A DNA stretch of 64,000 nt from Macrostomum lignano (taxonomy: Eukaryota): the NCBI GenBank assembly GCA_002269645.1, contig NIVC01000922.1, forward strand, positions 269,716 to 333,715, in the 5' to 3' direction. The position numbers and the translations under genes were made by a program. Positions 56,901 to 64,000 of the stretch are shown here, in pieces. Position 1 is the first letter of the stretch, and each line of letters opens with the position of its first letter. The notes beneath the pieces were generated by a model that was given only the letters and a program-made list of their open reading frames with translations, was not told the origin of the DNA and searched no databases.

Positions 56901-57659
56901 TACTAACTTACTAAAAGAGTAATCTCTTGAAACACTTTCTCTTACTTGCTTCTTTCTTCGTCTTATATTGTGGCGTCACTATAACAAATTAGAAATGTAA
57001 ATTAATGAACTAATGTTTTCCAATGTCTCCCAGGCAGCCGCTACCTGGGTGGACGGCTTTGTTTCTACAAACTGCATCTGAGCTCGTGTTTTATTACCAA
57101 AAAATGGTTGCAGATTATCTGTTCTACTCTAGAGAAGAGAGAGGAGTTAGGAGAGCGAAGAAGCGAGCATTGAACTCAGAGGCAGACTCTATCTCTCTTT
57201 CTCTCTCCACTCGCCACTCAATTTTGTCTTGTGTATCCATGTGAATTTCCAGTGCACACAAGTGTATATATCAACTATAAGTATAATTCCGTATATATTT
57301 GCCATCGGTATGAGTTTCCGACCTCAAAGTCTGCTTTATTGAGCCTCTTACTCTCTGTCTCTACCATTTTCTCCGTCAGTTGTCTCATATTATATAAATA
57401 AGATAAAAAGAAGATACAGTGCTCTGCAGTTTTACCCCATTTGTGAGTAGCTATGCTGGCAGCCATGAATTTGTGAAGTCTGTATAATTGACAATATATT
57501 AAAATACGAATCAGATTGTAAACTATTTATTTGACTGACATTTTCAGACAGGTGAGTTTGAGTGTCAGCTGAGTGTATTTGTAATGGCCACATATAGACC
57601 TTATAAATCAAGTAAGGATTGATGAAACAATAAAAATGTTTTAATGAATAACTGAGATC

Positions 57660-57886
57660 CGATATGGCACCACACAAAGATCTATATGGCGCCAACTTAG
57701 AGATCTATATGGCGCCAACTCAAAGATCTATATGGCGCCAACTTAGAGATCTATATGGCGCCACTCATAGATCTATATGGCGCCAACTCAGAGATCTATA
57801 TGGCGCCAACTCATAGATCTATATGGCGCCAACTCAGAGATCTATATGGCGCCACTCATAGATCTATATGGCGCCAACTCAGATCT
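57660..57886. repeat. Tandem array, 23-bp unit AGATCTATATGGCGCCAACTCAG
   Basis: About 9 direct repeats ~630 bp upstream of the CDKL ATG. Confidence 0.94.
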
Positions 57887-58489
57887 ATTTTACGCTTGGA
57901 AAGCCCAGAGACTCACAGGCAGCCCCTATGCCTGAACTGCAGCAGCATTAATGATTAATTAGCACAATGAAAGCTTCTATCTTTTTCCTTTCAATTACTG
58001 CTTTACTTGACAGCGTGGCGGAGAAACCACGAGGGCACGATAGGGAATGGGGGAGAGAGGAATAGCGGAAATGTGCAATAGCTTTGCAGTCTACCCCAGG
58101 TATCTACCGCAGGTGCAGTACACTGATAGATAGATTAGCTAGGCTGCTGACACAGCTCATTGGATGGCTGAGGATGAGGTCTGAGCACGGAACACGTATT
58201 ACCATTGTCTTTTTGATCTGTGTGTGTGTGTGAGTGTGTGTGAGCCTGTGTTGATCTTAGCAACCAAGATTCAATGTGCTCCCCAATTCTTAAGACAAAG
58301 TTAAGAGAATAGGACAGTTTCACAATGTTAGGCAATTTTATTCCTGATTTTATATTTCAGAAGCAGACAAATCTGACTCAGGCACGAGCGCGGAAAAAAT
58401 CGATATTCATTCCTGCAACATGCCTTCGTCAGATTTTTGAACTGGCACCTTATCCTTGATAAACTTCATTAGATTGCCCAGCGCATTGA

Positions 58490-62801
<4,312 letters not shown>

Positions 62802-62885
62802 GTTGGCGTTGTATCAAATATGATTGTAGCTTAGTATTCTATTGAGGGGGAGTAGAATTATAATTCATAAAGCAATAGGTTGCTT

Positions 62886-63185
62886 TTTGTTTGTCATTGG
62901 CGGCTGCATCAAAGCTGCTCCGTGTTTGATTGTTTGTCATTGGCGGCTACATCAAAGCTGCTCCATGGTTTAATTGTTTGTTATTGGCGGCTACATCAAA
63001 GCTGCTCCATGGTTTAATTGTTTGTTATTGGCGGCTACATCAAAGCTGCTCCATGGTTTGATTGTTTGTTATTGACGGCTACATCAAAGCTGCTCCATGT
63101 TATTGTTTGTTATTGGCGGCTACATCAAAGCTGCTTCATGGTTTGATTGTTTTACGCCCGCATTACTGTCGGCTACATCAAAGAG
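62886..63185. repeat. Tandem array, 44-bp unit containing TTGTTTGTTATTGGCGGCTACATCAAAGCTGCTCCATGGTTT
   Basis: About 6-7 direct repeats. Confidence 0.93.
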
Positions 63186-63558
63186 TCTGGATCGTGAAAC
63201 AGTGGCGGATTTTCAAAACTTTTTTTTTGGAAACGCTAAACAACAAAATAGATTATTAGTGATAGAAATTTAACTTTTAAATGTTTCAGACAGTGATTCT
63301 GGAATATGGACAGTTTCTCAAGTGATCTGAGAGATTCTTCTGAGAGTTACTTCACAGACTTTCAGTTATATTACTCAGTCGCACAGCAGTCATTTCATGG
63401 AATAAAAATTTAGCAATGCGTCCGTCCTCACTTGACTTGAATGATTTTTAAATGATTGTTCGTATTCACAACCAATTTACTGTTGCTTAAGTATGCTAAA
63501 TAAGTCAAGCTACCGACAGCTATAAATAATAACAATATTACTTGACAAAACTTATCAG

Positions 63559-63672
63559 GAGCTGGTCGACGGCCAAGTCACCACCCAGCACCAGCAGCAG
63601 CAAGCAAACCAAACAGAATCTGCTGCTTCTGGTGGCAATCAAAACAGCAGCGGAAAAGTAATGCCCCAATAA
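63559..63672 (+). CDS. Possible further CDKL exon (ELVDGQVTTQHQQQQANQTESAASGGNQNSSGK)
   Basis: Acceptor TATCAG at 63553-63558, phase 0 compatible with the GAG|GTTGGC donor after 62801; Q/S/A/G-rich like the preceding exon; ends at either AAA|GTAATG or TAA 63672. Confidence 0.4.
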   Translation, partial: ELVDGQVTTQHQQQQANQTESAASGGNQNSSGKVMPQ

Positions 63673-64000
63673 GCCAGCACTCACAGATGACGTCACACAG
63701 GTAGGCCTTTCGAATAGTAAACTAAAAGTACATTTTGTAGCATGGTATATATTGGGACTATTGCATATCGCCTTAAACATATTAAAGTCACCAAGTAGAC
63801 AACAAAACTTATAGAGATTGAGATCTAGAAAACCCCAGCAAAAAACAACAACAACAACAACCCATTCAGCATCCAACAACGCAACAGGAATACAAACCCC
63901 ATTGAAAAAACAATAACCCATTCAAAACCAAACGACGCCTCAAGATGACAAACCCTAATGAAACGACACATAACCCATTCAACATCCATCACAGCCTCAA

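Noticed and set aside
63290-63330. Small CDKL exon after TTTCAG at ~63289
   Set aside because: In phase 0 it stops after 11 codons (TVILEYGQFLK*) and has no homology support; it cannot be distinguished from intron.

Overview
Eukaryotic (metazoan, invertebrate-like) genomic window with spliceosomal introns; no prokaryotic features. Four spliced genes can be reconstructed from GT-AG junctions with consistent phases: (1) the 3' part of a cGMP-dependent protein kinase (PKG, 12 exons, 1027-18235, +; its 5' end lies outside the window), (2) a ~1148-aa low-complexity protein with a divergent ETS domain (20907-25796, +), (3) a 383-aa tachykinin-receptor-like class A GPCR (5 exons, 42079-47902, +), (4) a CDKL2-like kinase (58520-62801+, +) with a 1-nt frameshift in exon 4. 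A fifth, unidentified minus-strand gene has two phase-matched terminal exons (28754-27525) and several candidate upstream exons up to ~37 kb. Roughly a third of the window (my estimate ~20 kb) consists of about 30 tandem arrays, nearly all with their own unrelated 10-57 bp unit, mostly filling introns. Also present are two tRNA-headed CORE-type SINEs, an internally deleted Tc1/IS630-like element with ~140-bp TIRs, and a small CT-tailed dispersed element. Most long ORFs in the supplied track are repeat artefacts. Best leads: two pairs of inverted repeats that bracket exon modules of PKG (exons 5-8, 375 nt, phase-symmetric; exons 11-12), an in-frame alternative N-terminus for a short PKG isoform, CAG|GT motifs in three intronic arrays, and a non-canonical ETS recognition helix. 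A flatworm (Macrostomum-like) origin is my guess from genome texture only.
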